64,000 nt of DNA from a bacterium (GCA_022779465.1 JALFTB010000001.1:3824-67823), one strand, 5' to 3'; positions 1-11,612 are shown, counted from the first letter of the stretch. Numbers and translations are program-made. The notes: generated by a model not told the origin, from the sequence alone.

Positions 1-528
1 AGTATCTATTATACCGTAATTACCATCTTTTCTCTTGTATAAAACTGAAATGCATTCTTTATCTATATTTTTAAATACAAAGAAATCATGATCAAGTAAT
101 TCCATTTGAAGAATAGCTTCCTCTTCATCCATTGGTTTAATATCTAATGTTTTTCTTTTAACAATTTTATCTTCATTTTCTTCTTCTGTTTCAATTATTT
201 CAAATACCAATTCAGGTACTTCTTCTTTTTTGAAACGATTATTTAATCTTGTTTTATTCTTTCTAATTTGTCTTTCTAGTTTGTCTACAACTAGATCTGT
301 AGCAGCATATAAATCACTATGTTTTTCTTCTGCTCTTAAGGTAAATTTTTTAGTAGGAATAGTAACTTCGATAATTTGATCTTTATCTCTTACTTTTATT
401 AAGACGTTTGCATGTATTTCGTCTGATGAATCAAAGTATTTATTTAGTCGTCCTAATTTCTCCTCTATGTGTGCTCTTATGGCATCTGTAACCTTAAGTT
501 TGTCTCCACGTATTAAAATGTTCATTAT
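1..528 (-). CDS. hpf: ribosome hibernation promoting factor, long form (C-terminus cut by window edge)
   Basis: The minus-strand translation starts MNILIRGDKLKVTDAIRAHIEEKLGRLNKYF, a typical sigma-54 modulation/HPF N-terminus. The ATG is at 526-528 and the frame is open to the window edge. Confidence 0.75.
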   Translation of the reverse strand, partial: MMNILIRGDKLKVTDAIRAHIEEKLGRLNKYFDSSDEIHANVLIKVRDKDQIIEVTIPTKKFTLRAEEKHSDLYAATDLVVDKLERQIRKNKTRLNNRFKKEEVPELVFEIIETEEENEDKIVKRKTLDIKPMDEEEAILQMELLDHDFFVFKNIDKECISVLYKRKDGNYGIIDT

Positions 529-622
529 ATCATCTCCCAATTATATTATAACATATTTGATTTTAAATTTTAGAACATAATTAGCTTTTTTGTATAGTAA
601 ATGTATTTATAAAAAGAAAAAA

Positions 623-838
623 CTACAAAATTGTAGTTAATTGTACTTCGGTAACGTCAACTGCTTGTAGTCCTTTAGCAGTCTCTATTAATTTAAAGTC
701 AACAAGTTCTCCATCTTTTAGAGTCTTGTATCCATCTCTGTGTATTGAGGAATAATGAACAAAAATATCTTCTAAATCTGAACATTCAATGAATCCATAT
801 CCTTTTTCATTATTAAACCATTTTACTTTACCTCTCAA
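623..838 (-). CDS. cold-shock protein, CspA family
   Basis: The 71 aa product contains KWFNNEKGYGFI and FVHYSSI RNP-like motifs. A long AT-rich 5' leader lies upstream on the minus strand. Confidence 0.85.
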   Translation of the reverse strand: MRGKVKWFNNEKGYGFIECSDLEDIFVHYSSIHRDGYKTLKDGELVDFKLIETAKGLQAVDVTEVQLTTIL

Positions 839-1019
839 GCTAAACTCTCCTTCCTAATTTATTTGCAGCTCGATATCTTAGCCCTGCGTCAATTATATTC
901 TAACAAATAATTTAGGTGAAATAGCTTAACTTGTTTTAAAGGTCTTTTTCGATGTTTAAAGTAGATTAATAATTTTATTTTTTTATGTTTTTGGCTTTTT
1001 AAACACAAAATAATGCTTT

Positions 1020-1730
1020 TTATACATTTTCGACATTTTTTCGATAATTCTTTGAACATAATAATACTTCTTTGCCATTCTTTAATTTGAAATATCCTTT
1101 ATTCCAATTATATAGATTTACTTCGTCTGTATTAACTATACATGCACGATGAACTTGTTTAAACCTATTATCACATTTTTGTAATGCTTCTTTTAAGGTA
1201 GTATTTAAGTGAAAAATATTTTGATTTGTTACTACCATTACTTTTCTTGTAGGCGTATCACAATATAAGTATAAGATATCTTTTAGATATATTTGTAAAT
1301 CTTGAGAACAATTACTTAAAAAGAATTTCTTTTTATCAAAGTTTCTGCTTAATATTTTAGATAAATCTATTTCAAGTCTTTCTTCTAAATAATAGTATTT
1401 TTCAATAAAACTAAAGACTTTTAGTCCTTTTCTAAATACTGTTTCAAATAATTTATCATGATTGGTTATAAATAATATTTCACTATCCCAATCTTTAGTT
1501 CTAATTTCTCTGGCAATGTCTAATCCATTTTTTGAACCGGGTAAAACTGTTTCTGATAAATATATTTTAAAAATTGATCTATCATTTATAGTTTTACCTA
1601 ATTCTGGGGTATATTTATTGTATCTTTCTATTTCATAGTTTATGTCATTATTAAACATTAATTTATTAATAATAGATTCATATATATTATGATATTTTAA
1701 ATCGTTGTCTATTATTATAAACTTTATCAT
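1020..1730 (-). CDS. LytTR-family DNA-binding regulator with an atypical receiver domain
   Basis: The C-terminus has a LytTR-like fold (QVHRACIVNTDEVNLYNWNKGYFKLKNGKEVLL). The N-terminus is receiver-like, but the expected phospho-acceptor Asp aligns to Ser in YLSETVLPGSKNG. Confidence 0.55.
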   Translation of the reverse strand: MIKFIIIDNDLKYHNIYESIINKLMFNNDINYEIERYNKYTPELGKTINDRSIFKIYLSETVLPGSKNGLDIAREIRTKDWDSEILFITNHDKLFETVFRKGLKVFSFIEKYYYLEERLEIDLSKILSRNFDKKKFFLSNCSQDLQIYLKDILYLYCDTPTRKVMVVTNQNIFHLNTTLKEALQKCDNRFKQVHRACIVNTDEVNLYNWNKGYFKLKNGKEVLLCSKNYRKNVENV

Positions 1731-1771
1731 CTTTATTTTTCCATAACAGCTTTTAAAAACTTATGATGTTT

Positions 1772-3571
1772 CTATTTATGGTGTCTCCTCTTCTTTTTGG
1801 GTTTTAGTTTTTTTATTGCTGTTTTTGTTAATATTAATAGTATATAGATTATTAAAATTATAATTAATATAATTTTAAATATATTATACATTGTTGATAA
1901 TATGATGGTTATTATATAATTGGTATTTAATTTTTTTGATGAAGATGAATGGTCTTTTACATTATCATATTGTTTAAAGTATTTTTTCACTTTGTTTAAC
2001 CATTTTGTTTTTATAAAATTATTATCTTCTTCATTATTTAATTTTAAGTATTTTTTTACCAATTTTTGAGTTTGGTTATCAACACTATATAATGATGGGG
2101 CAATAGTTGGAGCATGTTTACTTTGGTTATTTATTTTTTCATAAACTCCAGCTATATTTAAAAGCAGATTGTCGTCTCCTTTTAGACTCATAAATTCAAT
2201 TCCATATGGTAAGTTGTCTTGATCAAAACCTAATGGCATGGTTATAGATGGATAGCCTACAGCAGGTGATGCATGAGCCGCTATATTAACAATACCACTT
2301 TTATCAACTTTTAACAATTGATTTTTGGTAGTTGGATAAATTATTGCATCTAAATCGTTGCTTTTATAGATATTATTTAAATATACATCATAGTTTGTTA
2401 TTATTGTTTTTTTATTATCTTTTAATTCATTTGAGGTTCCACAATATTTTAAATACGTATCAATGTTTGTTATTTTGCCGTTTGACTTAGCTAAATCTTC
2501 GAATGTTCTTATACTTCCAGTTGTTCCTTTTAAATAATTATTTACGGCATTACAAAACAAATATCCACTATAAGAATTGTTTACATAGTAGTTTTGAGTA
2601 TTTGTAAAATATTCATCTAAATAAACTATTTTTGCTCCATTTTTTTCTAACAAACTTATAACTTTTTTAGCCATTTTGGTAATTTCTGAATATCCTTTTT
2701 TATTTTCTGTTAAATCAGATGATTCCGATCCATCTAAAAATAAAGTTGGAACACCAATTGTAATTTCTTTTAAATTTGATAAATTTGTTTTTATTTTGGT
2801 GTTATTTGAGGACATTATATTAGTTAATATAATAGAATCATTTAAAGTTTTTGTTAACGTACCTACAGTATCTCTATTGGGATCATATGGTAAAACGCCT
2901 TGATTACTAAATAAACCATATGTAGGTCTGTAACCAACAAGATTGTTGGCAGCGGCTGGTAGTCTGACTGATGAATTGGTATCAGTTCCTAGTGCTGCTG
3001 ATGCTAATGAGGCAGCTACTGCTACTGCTGATCCTCCTGACGATCCATAAGGGCTATAATCTAAATTATAAGCATTTTTTACAGTACCATATGAACTTTT
3101 AGATGAACTAGCATAGAATGCTAATTCTGACATATTTGCTTTGGCAATTATAATAGCACCGGCATCAATTAATTTTTGAATCACATCAGCGTTTTGCTTA
3201 GGATAATTATCCTTTAAAGATTTAGTACCAGATGTAGTTGGCATACCTAGTACGTCAATATTATCTTTAACAATAATAGGAATACCGTGAATAGATGATC
3301 TTACTTTACCATTTGTTCTTTCTTTATCTAACTCCTCGGCTTGGGTTAAAGCATTTTCATTAATGGATATTATGGCATTATAGTCCTTGTAAGCTTCTAT
3401 TCTTTCTAAATAGATATTAACTAGTTGTTTACTTGTAATTATATTATTATCTAGTGCCGTAGATATTTCTTCCATACTCATGGTTGTTATATCTATTGGA
3501 GCAGTTGTTTGGGCATAAATATTTATTGGGATTGAAATTAATATTAGTAATATTAGTTTTCTAATACGCAT
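1772..3571 (-). CDS. secreted amidase-signature (GatA-like) amidase with a C-terminal membrane anchor
   Basis: It carries the amidase signature [33 protein letters not shown]. The N-terminal signal peptide is [22 protein letters not shown]-terminal hydrophobic helix is followed by a [13 protein letters not shown] tail. Confidence 0.7.
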   Translation of the reverse strand: MRIRKLILLILISIPINIYAQTTAPIDITTMSMEEISTALDNNIITSKQLVNIYLERIEAYKDYNAIISINENALTQAEELDKERTNGKVRSSIHGIPIIVKDNIDVLGMPTTSGTKSLKDNYPKQNADVIQKLIDAGAIIIAKANMSELAFYASSSKSSYGTVKNAYNLDYSPYGSSGGSAVAVAASLASAALGTDTNSSVRLPAAANNLVGYRPTYGLFSNQGVLPYDPNRDTVGTLTKTLNDSIILTNIMSSNNTKIKTNLSNLKEITIGVPTLFLDGSESSDLTENKKGYSEITKMAKKVISLLEKNGAKIVYLDEYFTNTQNYYVNNSYSGYLFCNAVNNYLKGTTGSIRTFEDLAKSNGKITNIDTYLKYCGTSNELKDNKKTIITNYDVYLNNIYKSNDLDAIIYPTTKNQLLKVDKSGIVNIAAHASPAVGYPSITMPLGFDQDNLPYGIEFMSLKGDDNLLLNIAGVYEKINNQSKHAPTIAPSLYSVDNQTQKLVKKYLKLNNEEDNNFIKTKWLNKVKKYFKQYDNVKDHSSSSKKLNTNYIITIILSTMYNIFKIILIIILIIYILLILTKTAIKKLKPKKKRRHHK

Positions 3572-3998
3572 CTTTAATTGCTTTCTTTAGTTCTTTTTCT
3601 TTTAATGAAGCTCTTTTATCATAATTATGTTTGCCTTTACAAACTCCAATTTTTACTTTAGCTTTATTATTTTTTAAATATACTTCTAAAGGGATTAATG
3701 TATATCCTTCTTTATCACTATCTTCTTTTAATCTTTTAATTTCATTTTTATGAAGAAGTAATTTTCTAGTTCTCCTTTCTTCGTGATTAAATCTATTACC
3801 TTCGTCATATTTTGCAATAAACATGTTTAAAAGATAAGCTTCATCATTTTTAATTTTGGCGTATGAATCTTTAATATTAGCACTACCTTTACGTAGGGAT
3901 TTGATTTCGGTTCCTGTTAATACAATTCCAGCTTCTATTTCTTTATCAATAAAATAATCATAACTTGCTTTGCGGTTTTTTATTTCCACGTTTATCAC
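3561..3998 (-). CDS. smpB: SsrA-binding protein SmpB
   Basis: The 145 aa product carries the SmpB signature ([34 protein letters not shown]). Confidence 0.9.
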   Translation of the reverse strand: MINVEIKNRKASYDYFIDKEIEAGIVLTGTEIKSLRKGSANIKDSYAKIKNDEAYLLNMFIAKYDEGNRFNHEERRTRKLLLHKNEIKRLKEDSDKEGYTLIPLEVYLKNNKAKVKIGVCKGKHNYDKRASLKEKELKKAIKDAY

Positions 3999-6099
3999 CC
4001 TCTAATAATACAAAATCAATTGTTGCTGCGGCTTTACTTGCTCCTATGCATTTAACTTTAACTTTATCGCCTAAACGATATCTTACTTTGGTATTTTGAC
4101 CAACTATAGAAAATAATTCTGGTACATAACTATAGTAGTCACCCTCTAATGTATTTATATGAATTAATCCTTCAATTAAATTTGATAAGCAGACAAACAT
4201 ACCAAAGTTGGTAACTGTACTAATAGTTCCTTCAAATACTTCTCCGATATGGTTTTCCATAAATTCTGCCATTTTCATATCATCTACTTCACGTTCAGCG
4301 TCGATAGCTGCTTGTTCTCTTTCACTAGAATTTAAAGCAATGTAATCTAAATTACTATCCCAATAATTAATGGTTTGGTTATCCATATTATTTTCAAAAA
4401 AGTAAGTTCTTAATAATCTATGAACTGTTAAATCTGGGTAACGTCTAATTGGGCTGGTAAAATGAGTATAGCATTTACTTCCTAAGCCAAAGTGTCCAAT
4501 ATTATCTTTTGAATAAACTGCTTTTTGCATTGATCTTAATAACAATTCTGATAAAATAGGAGTTTCTGGTTTATCTTGTAATTGAGCAAGAATTTTTTGG
4601 AAGCTGGTTGGTTTGATATCTTTAAATTTACCAACTATTTTATATCCCATTAAACTTACTAAATGAAGATAGTCATCAACTTTTTCTTTTTTAGGTTCCC
4701 CGTGAACACGATAAATAAATGGGACCCCCATGTTATAAGCATGACTTGCAACTGTTTCATTGGCTGCTATCATAAAGTCCTCAATTAGTTTTTCACCATC
4801 TTCTCTTTCAACTTTAATAATGTCTGTACATACACCATCTTTATCACAAATTATTTTTGGTTCATCGATATTAAAATCAATATATCCTCTATTTTCTTTT
4901 GCTCTTCTTAATATGTGAGCTAAATTATTCATTTCTTTTAAAGTATCTGCATATGGTTCATAATCTTCAGCAATGATATCTCTCATGATAATGTCATTAA
5001 CTTTTTTATATGTCATTTGTTTTCTTGATTTGATATAACTTGGGAAAATATCATACTTTATAATATTGCCTTTGTGATCGATGTTCATAACACAAGATAA
5101 AGTTAATCTGATAACGTTAGGATTTAATGAACAAATTCCATTTGATAATAAATGAGGTAACATTGGAATTACTGAATATGCTAGATATGAACTTGTTCCT
5201 CTTCTAAAGGCATCTTGATCTAAAGGACTATCTTTGGTTACATAATGTGATACATCAGCAATGTGAACGCCTAATTCAAAAGTACCATCTTTTAGTTTTT
5301 TATAACTTATGGCATCGTCTATATCTTTTGTATCATCGCCATCAATTGTAAAAATCATTTCGTTTGTTAAATCTTTTCTTCCTCTTAGTTCTGATTCTTG
5401 AACTTCAGTTGGAAAGTGTTCTGCTTGTTCTATTGCTTCTTTACTAAATTCTTCATATATTTCATGTTTATAGGCAATGGTTTTAATATCGACACCTGGA
5501 TCGTCTTTATGGCCGATGATACTTATAACTTTACCAATATAATTGTTTCTAGATTTTTCTTTTACTAAATTTACGACTACTTTAGTACCATCTACACAAT
5601 TATTAGTTGTATTTGGATCTAGTTCTACGGTAATTTTTTTCTTTTTATCATCTAAGATTAAGGTTGGCTTTTTATCTTTAAACAAGATTTCACCAATAAT
5701 ATTTTTAGTGTTTCGATTTAAAATTTTGACTACGCGACCTTCTTCTTTGCCTTTATATTTTATTAATTCAACAAGAACTTCGTCTCCATCTATTGCACTA
5801 TTTAGATTACAATAATCGATGTAAATATCTTCTCCTTCTTGTAAAAGAAAACCATTTCCGGCTTTATTAACGCTTAATTTTCCGACTTTAATTCCTGGGG
5901 CATTATCATATAAGATATATTTGTCTTTTTTAGTTTTAAATACTTTATATTCATTTACTAATTCTTCTAGTGTTAATTCTAATTGTTTTAATTCTTCGGC
6001 ACTTGATAGTCCTAACAAATCATTAATTTGAATTAAAGTTTGAGCCTCATGTTTGTCTTTTAATACTTCTAATATATTATTTTTCATACTATTCACCAT
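3958..6099 (-). CDS. rnr: ribonuclease R
   Basis: The 713 aa product has an RNB catalytic core and a C-terminal S1 domain. It sits in the conserved secG-rnr-smpB arrangement. Confidence 0.85.
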   Translation of the reverse strand: MVNSMKNNILEVLKDKHEAQTLIQINDLLGLSSAEELKQLELTLEELVNEYKVFKTKKDKYILYDNAPGIKVGKLSVNKAGNGFLLQEGEDIYIDYCNLNSAIDGDEVLVELIKYKGKEEGRVVKILNRNTKNIIGEILFKDKKPTLILDDKKKKITVELDPNTTNNCVDGTKVVVNLVKEKSRNNYIGKVISIIGHKDDPGVDIKTIAYKHEIYEEFSKEAIEQAEHFPTEVQESELRGRKDLTNEMIFTIDGDDTKDIDDAISYKKLKDGTFELGVHIADVSHYVTKDSPLDQDAFRRGTSSYLAYSVIPMLPHLLSNGICSLNPNVIRLTLSCVMNIDHKGNIIKYDIFPSYIKSRKQMTYKKVNDIIMRDIIAEDYEPYADTLKEMNNLAHILRRAKENRGYIDFNIDEPKIICDKDGVCTDIIKVEREDGEKLIEDFMIAANETVASHAYNMGVPFIYRVHGEPKKEKVDDYLHLVSLMGYKIVGKFKDIKPTSFQKILAQLQDKPETPILSELLLRSMQKAVYSKDNIGHFGLGSKCYTHFTSPIRRYPDLTVHRLLRTYFFENNMDNQTINYWDSNLDYIALNSSEREQAAIDAEREVDDMKMAEFMENHIGEVFEGTISTVTNFGMFVCLSNLIEGLIHINTLEGDYYSYVPELFSIVGQNTKVRYRLGDKVKVKCIGASKAAATIDFVLLEGDKRGNKKPQSKL

Positions 6100-6127
6100 T
6101 TTGATTATATCATATATTTATTTTAAT

Positions 6128-6158
6128 AATTAAAAAAATGCCTTTTGTAGGCATTTGA
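6128..6158 (-). terminator. rho-independent terminator after secG
   Basis: An aaatgcc/ggcattt hairpin is flanked by A/T runs just downstream of the secG stop. Confidence 0.5.
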
Positions 6159-6374
6159 TTAACTCATATAAATTATGAAAGAAATTACAAAGAAGGCTAA
6201 ACCTAATACTAAAGTAATTCTACTTAGTAATAATTCAGAACCTCTTTCTTTTTGATTAGAAAATAATTCAGTATTTCCACCAGAGATAATTTGACTGGCA
6301 TCGCTTGCCTTATTACTTTGTAATAATACTAATGCAATTAATAATACTGATATAATTAATAATGCTGTTTCCAT
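6159..6374 (-). CDS. secG: preprotein translocase subunit SecG
   Basis: The 71 aa product has two TM helices and a Gly-rich loop (ISGGNTELF), typical of SecG. Confidence 0.8.
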   Translation of the reverse strand: METALLIISVLLIALVLLQSNKASDASQIISGGNTELFSNQKERGSELLLSRITLVLGLAFFVISFIIYMS

Positions 6375-6474
6375 ATATAATCACCTGACATGTTATAATT
6401 TAACATAAAGTTTTAATTTTTGCAAGATAATATCTGTTTATATTCTAGACAACTTCTTATATTGCTCAGAAAAT

Positions 6475-7698
6475 TTAGCTATTGTTTAGTTTTTCTTCTA
6501 TTCTTAATAATTGATTATATTTAGCAATACGTTCTCCTCTAGACATAGATCCAGTTTTAATATATCCAAGATTTAATCCTACTGCTAGATCGGCAATAAA
6601 TGTGTCTTCTGTTTCTCCACTACGGTGAGAAATGATAGTTTTAAAGTTATTGTCTTTAGCTAATTTAATTGTTTCTAACATTTCGGTAATTGTTCCAATT
6701 TGATTAGCTTTAAGTAGAATTGCATTGTTATAATGTTCATCTATTCCTTTTTGTAAATATTCTATGTTGGTAACAAAATAATCATCACCTACTAATAAAA
6801 TATCTTTACCAACTTCTTTAGTTAATTCTTTGATTGATTCAATATCATTTTCAGCAAAGGCATCTTCAATACTCATTATTGGGTATTTTTTTATTAGTTC
6901 TTTATAATAATTAATTAATTGTTGTTTTGTAATTTTTTGTTTATTTATTGTATACATTTCACCATCATAGAACTCGGTAGCTGCACAATCGATAGCGATG
7001 CACACATCTTTTCCGGGAATGTATCCAGCTTGTTCAATGGCTTTAACAATAAAATTAAAGGCTTCATCTATTGTATTTAAATTAGGAGCAAAACCGCCTT
7101 CATCTCCTACAGCAGTGGAAAAGCCGGCTTCTTTCAACAATTTTTGCAAGTTGTGAAATACTTCGGAACCACATCTTATTCTTTCTTTAATAGTTGATTG
7201 TTTTGGAACAATCATAAATTCTTGAATTTCTAATCCAGAAGATGCATGAACTCCGCCATTAATTATATTCATCATTGGATAAGGAAGCGTATATGGTCCA
7301 TTAAATAGTTCGTATAATTCTTTGTTTTGAAGCAGTGCTTCAGCTTTCATTATACATAATGATACACTAAGAATAGCATTGGCTCCTAGATTACTCTTAT
7401 TTTTGGTACCATCTAATTTTATTAATAGTTCATCTATTTCTTTTTGGTTAATATCATGACCTATTAAAGCATCTTTTATTATTGTATTTACGTTATTTAC
7501 TGCTTTGGTTACACCTTTGCCTAGAAATCTATTAGGTTCTTTATCACGAAGTTCTAGAGCCTCATTGGTTCCGGTTGAAGCACCAGAAGGAACACTTGCT
7601 CTTACCATTTGACCATTTTCAAGATATAGGTCAGTTTCTACAGTTGGATTTCCTCTTGAGTCTAATATTTCTCTTGAAATAATATCTTTTATTTTCAT
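6475..7698 (-). CDS. eno: enolase
   Basis: The N-terminus reads IISREILDSRGNPTVE and the enolase fold runs throughout. The likely start is MKIK, two codons inside the ORF-track start. Confidence 0.9.
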   Translation of the reverse strand: MKIKDIISREILDSRGNPTVETDLYLENGQMVRASVPSGASTGTNEALELRDKEPNRFLGKGVTKAVNNVNTIIKDALIGHDINQKEIDELLIKLDGTKNKSNLGANAILSVSLCIMKAEALLQNKELYELFNGPYTLPYPMMNIINGGVHASSGLEIQEFMIVPKQSTIKERIRCGSEVFHNLQKLLKEAGFSTAVGDEGGFAPNLNTIDEAFNFIVKAIEQAGYIPGKDVCIAIDCAATEFYDGEMYTINKQKITKQQLINYYKELIKKYPIMSIEDAFAENDIESIKELTKEVGKDILLVGDDYFVTNIEYLQKGIDEHYNNAILLKANQIGTITEMLETIKLAKDNNFKTIISHRSGETEDTFIADLAVGLNLGYIKTGSMSRGERIAKYNQLLRIEEKLNNS

Positions 7699-7806
7699 TG
7701 TCATGTCTCCTACTTTCTAATAAAATTATAAATTAATTGTAAATCATTAGCAAGTTTATTAACGGAACTTTACATTGTATGATATAATTTTGATAGAGGT
7801 GTTTTT

Positions 7807-9063
7807 ATGAGAATAATTGAACTAAGTATGCTTGAATTTGATAATTTTGCATCAACTCATCCACTAAGAAATTATTGCCAAAATTCAAAGTTTGCAAGAT
7901 TAATGGGTGAAAAGGGATATTCTTATGAATATATAGGTTATCAAGATGATAGTAATAATTTAGTAGCTGCTTCACTAATAGCTAATAAAAAGATAGATGG
8001 TGGAGCTAAATTTGCATATGCACCTAAAGGTTTTTTAATAGACTATTATAATACTGAATTACTTAAACTTTTTGTTAAGGATTTATTTGTATATTACAAG
8101 AAAAAGGGAATGGCTTTTATTAAAATTAATCCAGAAATTATTATTGGAGAGATTAGTGCTGATAGAAATTATAGTCCAATGTATAATCAAAATGTTAAAA
8201 TTATAGACGTATTAAAAGAAATTGGTTTTAAAAGAAGAAGAGAAATTGTTCCTTTAGATTTTATTTATCCTAGAATTAGTCCTTATATTAATCTTAAAAC
8301 TTTTGATGTTAATAATTTGTCTGATAGTTGCTTGGAAAAAATAAATGCTGCAAGTAAAAATGGATTATCTATTGAAGAAGCTACTAATAAAGATGTCAAT
8401 ATTTTCTATGAATTTGTTAAGGATGATATTAAAGAGAACGCTAGCTTTTTTAGAAATTTATTGAATATATACCAAAATGGGGATGCTGAGTTGTTACTTG
8501 TTAAGGCTGATTATGAAGATTGTTTAATTAATGCTAGAGATAGATATGAAAAAGAGCTTGATATGAATAATTATTGGAATGAATTAATTCAAACTGATAA
8601 TAGTGAAGAAAATTTAAATAGTAAAATGCAATCTGATAAGAATTTAATTGCTTATAAAAATGAATTAGTTGCTGCAACTGACAATTTAAAAAAGAATAAA
8701 TATAAATATGTTGGTGGAGCTGTTATTATTAAATATAAAAATAGAATTAGTATTATAGCTAATGGTGTTGATAAAAATGAAGCTAATTTAAATGTTAATT
8801 ATTATTTATTTAAAGCTTTAATTGATAGATATAGAAATGATTTTGATTTTTTAGATTTAAATGGTGTTGCTAGTAATTTTAATCAAGCTTCTAAATATTG
8901 GAAATTTAATGAAGAAAAACTTGATTTTAAACCAACATTATATGAGTTTATCGGTGAGTTTGATTTAGTCATTAATGACAATGCTTTTAAAAGAATTCAA
9001 TCTAAAGGATTGTTATCTAAGGAATTTATTCCTTCTCATTCTTTTAAAGATGAAGAGATATAA
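7807..9063 (+). CDS. FemAB-family aminoacyl-tRNA-dependent peptidoglycan cross-bridge transferase
   Basis: The 418 aa product has the FemABX length and organisation, with a coiled-coil insert between two acyltransferase lobes. The N-terminus is MRIIELSMLEFDNFASTHP. Confidence 0.6.
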   Translation: MRIIELSMLEFDNFASTHPLRNYCQNSKFARLMGEKGYSYEYIGYQDDSNNLVAASLIANKKIDGGAKFAYAPKGFLIDYYNTELLKLFVKDLFVYYKKKGMAFIKINPEIIIGEISADRNYSPMYNQNVKIIDVLKEIGFKRRREIVPLDFIYPRISPYINLKTFDVNNLSDSCLEKINAASKNGLSIEEATNKDVNIFYEFVKDDIKENASFFRNLLNIYQNGDAELLLVKADYEDCLINARDRYEKELDMNNYWNELIQTDNSEENLNSKMQSDKNLIAYKNELVAATDNLKKNKYKYVGGAVIIKYKNRISIIANGVDKNEANLNVNYYLFKALIDRYRNDFDFLDLNGVASNFNQASKYWKFNEEKLDFKPTLYEFIGEFDLVINDNAFKRIQSKGLLSKEFIPSHSFKDEEI

Positions 9064-9096
9064 AAAAACTTCAGTTTTGACTGAAGTTTTTTTGTT
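9064..9096. terminator. bidirectional rho-independent terminator between femAB-like and rubrerythrin
   Basis: The stem acttcagt-tttg-actgaagt is flanked by an A-run on one side and a T-run on the other. Confidence 0.6.
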
Positions 9097-9634
9097 AATA
9101 ATTTTCTGCTTTCATTTCTTGATAAGATTGTGGATGTTTGCATACAGGGCAAATTATTGGAGCAGTTTCTCCATAATATACATGTCCACAATTTCTACAA
9201 ATCCATACTGTTTCTGTACCTTTATTAAATACAAGGTTATTTTCAATATTATCAACTAATTTTAAATATCTTTCTTCATGATTTTTTTCAATAGCTGCTA
9301 CTTGAGAAAATAATCCAGCGATTTGATCAAATCCTTCTTCTCTAGCAGTTTCAGCAAATTCTTTATACATTTCTGTCCATTCATAATTTTCACCATGAGC
9401 TGCATCTTTTAAATTTTCTAATGTATTAGGAACTTTACCTCCGTTTAATTCTTTAAACCATAATTTAGCATGTTCTTTTTCATTGTTTGCAGTCTCTTCA
9501 AATATTGCAGCTATTTGTTCATAGCCATCTTTTCTTGCTTGTGATGCATAATAAGTATATTTATTTCTAGCTTGACTTTCACCAGCGAAAGCTGCTAGTA
9601 GGTTAGCTTCTGTTTTACTACCTTTTAATTCCAT
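9095..9634 (-). CDS. rbr: rubrerythrin
   Basis: A ferritin-like diiron domain (EKNHEERY) is followed by a C-terminal rubredoxin-like CxxC...CxxC ([23 protein letters not shown]). Confidence 0.85.
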   Translation of the reverse strand: MELKGSKTEANLLAAFAGESQARNKYTYYASQARKDGYEQIAAIFEETANNEKEHAKLWFKELNGGKVPNTLENLKDAAHGENYEWTEMYKEFAETAREEGFDQIAGLFSQVAAIEKNHEERYLKLVDNIENNLVFNKGTETVWICRNCGHVYYGETAPIICPVCKHPQSYQEMKAENY

Positions 9635-9704
9635 TTTGTACCTTCTTTCTTCTTTTAATTATATCATTTAAATATATGTTAGTCAAACAAGAAAAAAACA
9701 GATA

Positions 9705-11504
9705 TTATCTGTTTTCTCTAAAACGATCTTTAGGATCTAATGTCTTTTTACGTAATCTGATTACATCAGGAGTGATTTCAACATATTCATCATCTTCAAT
9801 AAATTCAAGAGCTTCTTCTAATGAGAATGTTCTAGGAGGTACTAAAGCAATAGCTTCATCACTACTCTTACTTCTTGTATTAGACATTTCTTTATTTTTA
9901 CATGGGTTTACATTTAAATCATTATCTCTATTATTAATACCAACAATCATTCCAACATATACATCAACTGCTGGGCCAATAATTAAAGTTCCTCTTTCTT
10001 GTAAGTTAAATAATGAATACCCTAAACTCTTACCAGTTTCCATACTTACAAGTACACCATTTTTACGACTTTGAACTACACCTGCATATGGTTTATATCC
10101 AGCGAAGCTTCTAATCATAATTCCTTCACCTTTAGTATCTGTTATAAATGCGCTTCTATAACCGATTAAACCTCTTGTAGGCGCTTCAAATTCTAAGTGA
10201 GTATAGTTTTCTTCTGTTTCCATCTTTTGTAGCATAGCTTTTCTTTCTTGCAATGCATTAATTACAGTACTTGCATAATCACTTGGAGTATTAACAATTA
10301 CTGTTTCGTATGGTTCACATTTTTGTCCATCAATTTCTTTAAATAAAACTTGAGGTTTACTTACACATAGTTCATATCCTTGTCTTCTCATGTTTTCAAG
10401 TAAAATTGATAAGTGAAGTTCACCTCTACCACTTACTTTAAAGCCATCTGATGATGGTAATTCTTCAACTTCTAGACCAACGTTTGTTTCTAATTCTCTT
10501 TGTAAACGTTCTCTTATATGTCTTGTTGTTAAGAATTTACCACTTTGTCCGGCAAATGGACCATTGTTAACTAAGAAATTCATTGATAGTGTTGGTTTTT
10601 CAATTTCAATTGGAGGTAATGGATCAATACAATTTAATTCATTAACTGTATCTCCAATAGATATATGTGAACAACCTGCTATTGTAACAATATCACCATA
10701 ATATGCTTCTTGTTTTTCTACTTTTTTAATTCCTTCATTAACAAATAATTTAGATATTTTAAAGTTTGTTATTTCACCATTATTTTTAACTAATGAAACT
10801 GTTTCTCCATTTTTAATTTTTCCTTTAGTAATTCTTCCGATACCTAATCTTCCAATATAATCATCATATGATAGATTTGAAATTTGTAGTTGTAATTTAT
10901 CATCAACTGATCCTTCATATGGTTTGCATTGTTTAAGAATTGTTTCTAATAATGGTTCTATTGTTGTACTGTCATCATCTAATGAGTACTTAGCAATTCC
11001 CTCTCTTGCTACACCATAGATAATTGGGAAATCTAATTGTTCATCTGAAGCATTTAATTCACAGAATAAATCAAATGTCATATTAACTACTTCTTCAGGT
11101 CTTGCATCTTTTTTATCTATTTTATTGATAAATAAGATTGGTCTTAAATTATGTTCTAGGGCTTTCTTTAAAACAAATCTAGTTTGAGGCATTGGACCTT
11201 CAGCTGAATCAACTAAAAGAATTACTGTATCAACAGTTTTAATAACACGTTCAACTTCTGATGAGAAATCTGCATGACCAGGAGTGTCTACAATATTAAT
11301 TTTATAATCTTTATATCTTATAGCACAGTTTTTAGAATAGATTGTGATTCCTCTTTCTCTTTCTAAATCATTGCTATCCATTACGCATTCTACTACTTCT
11401 TCATTGGCACGAAATGCTCCATTTTGTTCAAGTAAAGCATCAACTAAAGTACTTTTACCAGCATCTACGTGAGCAACTACTGCAATATTAATAATTTTAT
11501 CCAT
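9705..11504 (-). CDS. typA: translational GTPase TypA/BipA
   Basis: The N-terminus carries the G1 P-loop AHVDAGKSTL and the product is 599 aa with EF-G-like architecture. A terminator hairpin (aacagata/tatctgtt) overlaps its stop at about 9680-9716. Confidence 0.9.
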   Translation of the reverse strand: MDKIINIAVVAHVDAGKSTLVDALLEQNGAFRANEEVVECVMDSNDLERERGITIYSKNCAIRYKDYKINIVDTPGHADFSSEVERVIKTVDTVILLVDSAEGPMPQTRFVLKKALEHNLRPILFINKIDKKDARPEEVVNMTFDLFCELNASDEQLDFPIIYGVAREGIAKYSLDDDSTTIEPLLETILKQCKPYEGSVDDKLQLQISNLSYDDYIGRLGIGRITKGKIKNGETVSLVKNNGEITNFKISKLFVNEGIKKVEKQEAYYGDIVTIAGCSHISIGDTVNELNCIDPLPPIEIEKPTLSMNFLVNNGPFAGQSGKFLTTRHIRERLQRELETNVGLEVEELPSSDGFKVSGRGELHLSILLENMRRQGYELCVSKPQVLFKEIDGQKCEPYETVIVNTPSDYASTVINALQERKAMLQKMETEENYTHLEFEAPTRGLIGYRSAFITDTKGEGIMIRSFAGYKPYAGVVQSRKNGVLVSMETGKSLGYSLFNLQERGTLIIGPAVDVYVGMIVGINNRDNDLNVNPCKNKEMSNTRSKSSDEAIALVPPRTFSLEEALEFIEDDEYVEITPDVIRLRKKTLDPKDRFRENR

Positions 11505-11612
11505 ATAACCAACTTCTTTCGAACTCGATTAATAATACAACATTTAAAGGATTTTTGCAAGAAAAAGATATTATTTTAGTAGTTTTATTGTTATAATTTT
11601 TTTGGAGGACAT

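Noticed and set aside
2676-2903. Many short ORFs run antisense to, or are nested inside, large genes. Examples are 2676-2903, 5543-5815, 9676-10074, 19126-19311, 20689-20871, 22268-22480, 24794-25096, 25934-26158, 31914-32096, 33000-33260, 34373-34690, 34718-35173, 35235-35682, 38249-38569, 38861-39121, 39984-40217, 41304-41534, 44617-44853, 45118-45324, 49777-50271, 50365-50744, 52163-52381, 52774-52956, 53830-54024 and 57285-57638.
   Set aside because: Each lies opposite a well-supported conserved gene. The products are low-complexity, Phe/Leu/Ile/Ser-rich, as expected from antisense AT-rich coding sequence. None has a plausible RBS, so they are most likely chance ORFs.
8975-9259. A 94 aa ORF bridges the femAB 3' end, the bidirectional terminator and the rubrerythrin 3' end.
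   Set aside because: It spans a terminator hairpin and is antisense to rubrerythrin. It is spurious.
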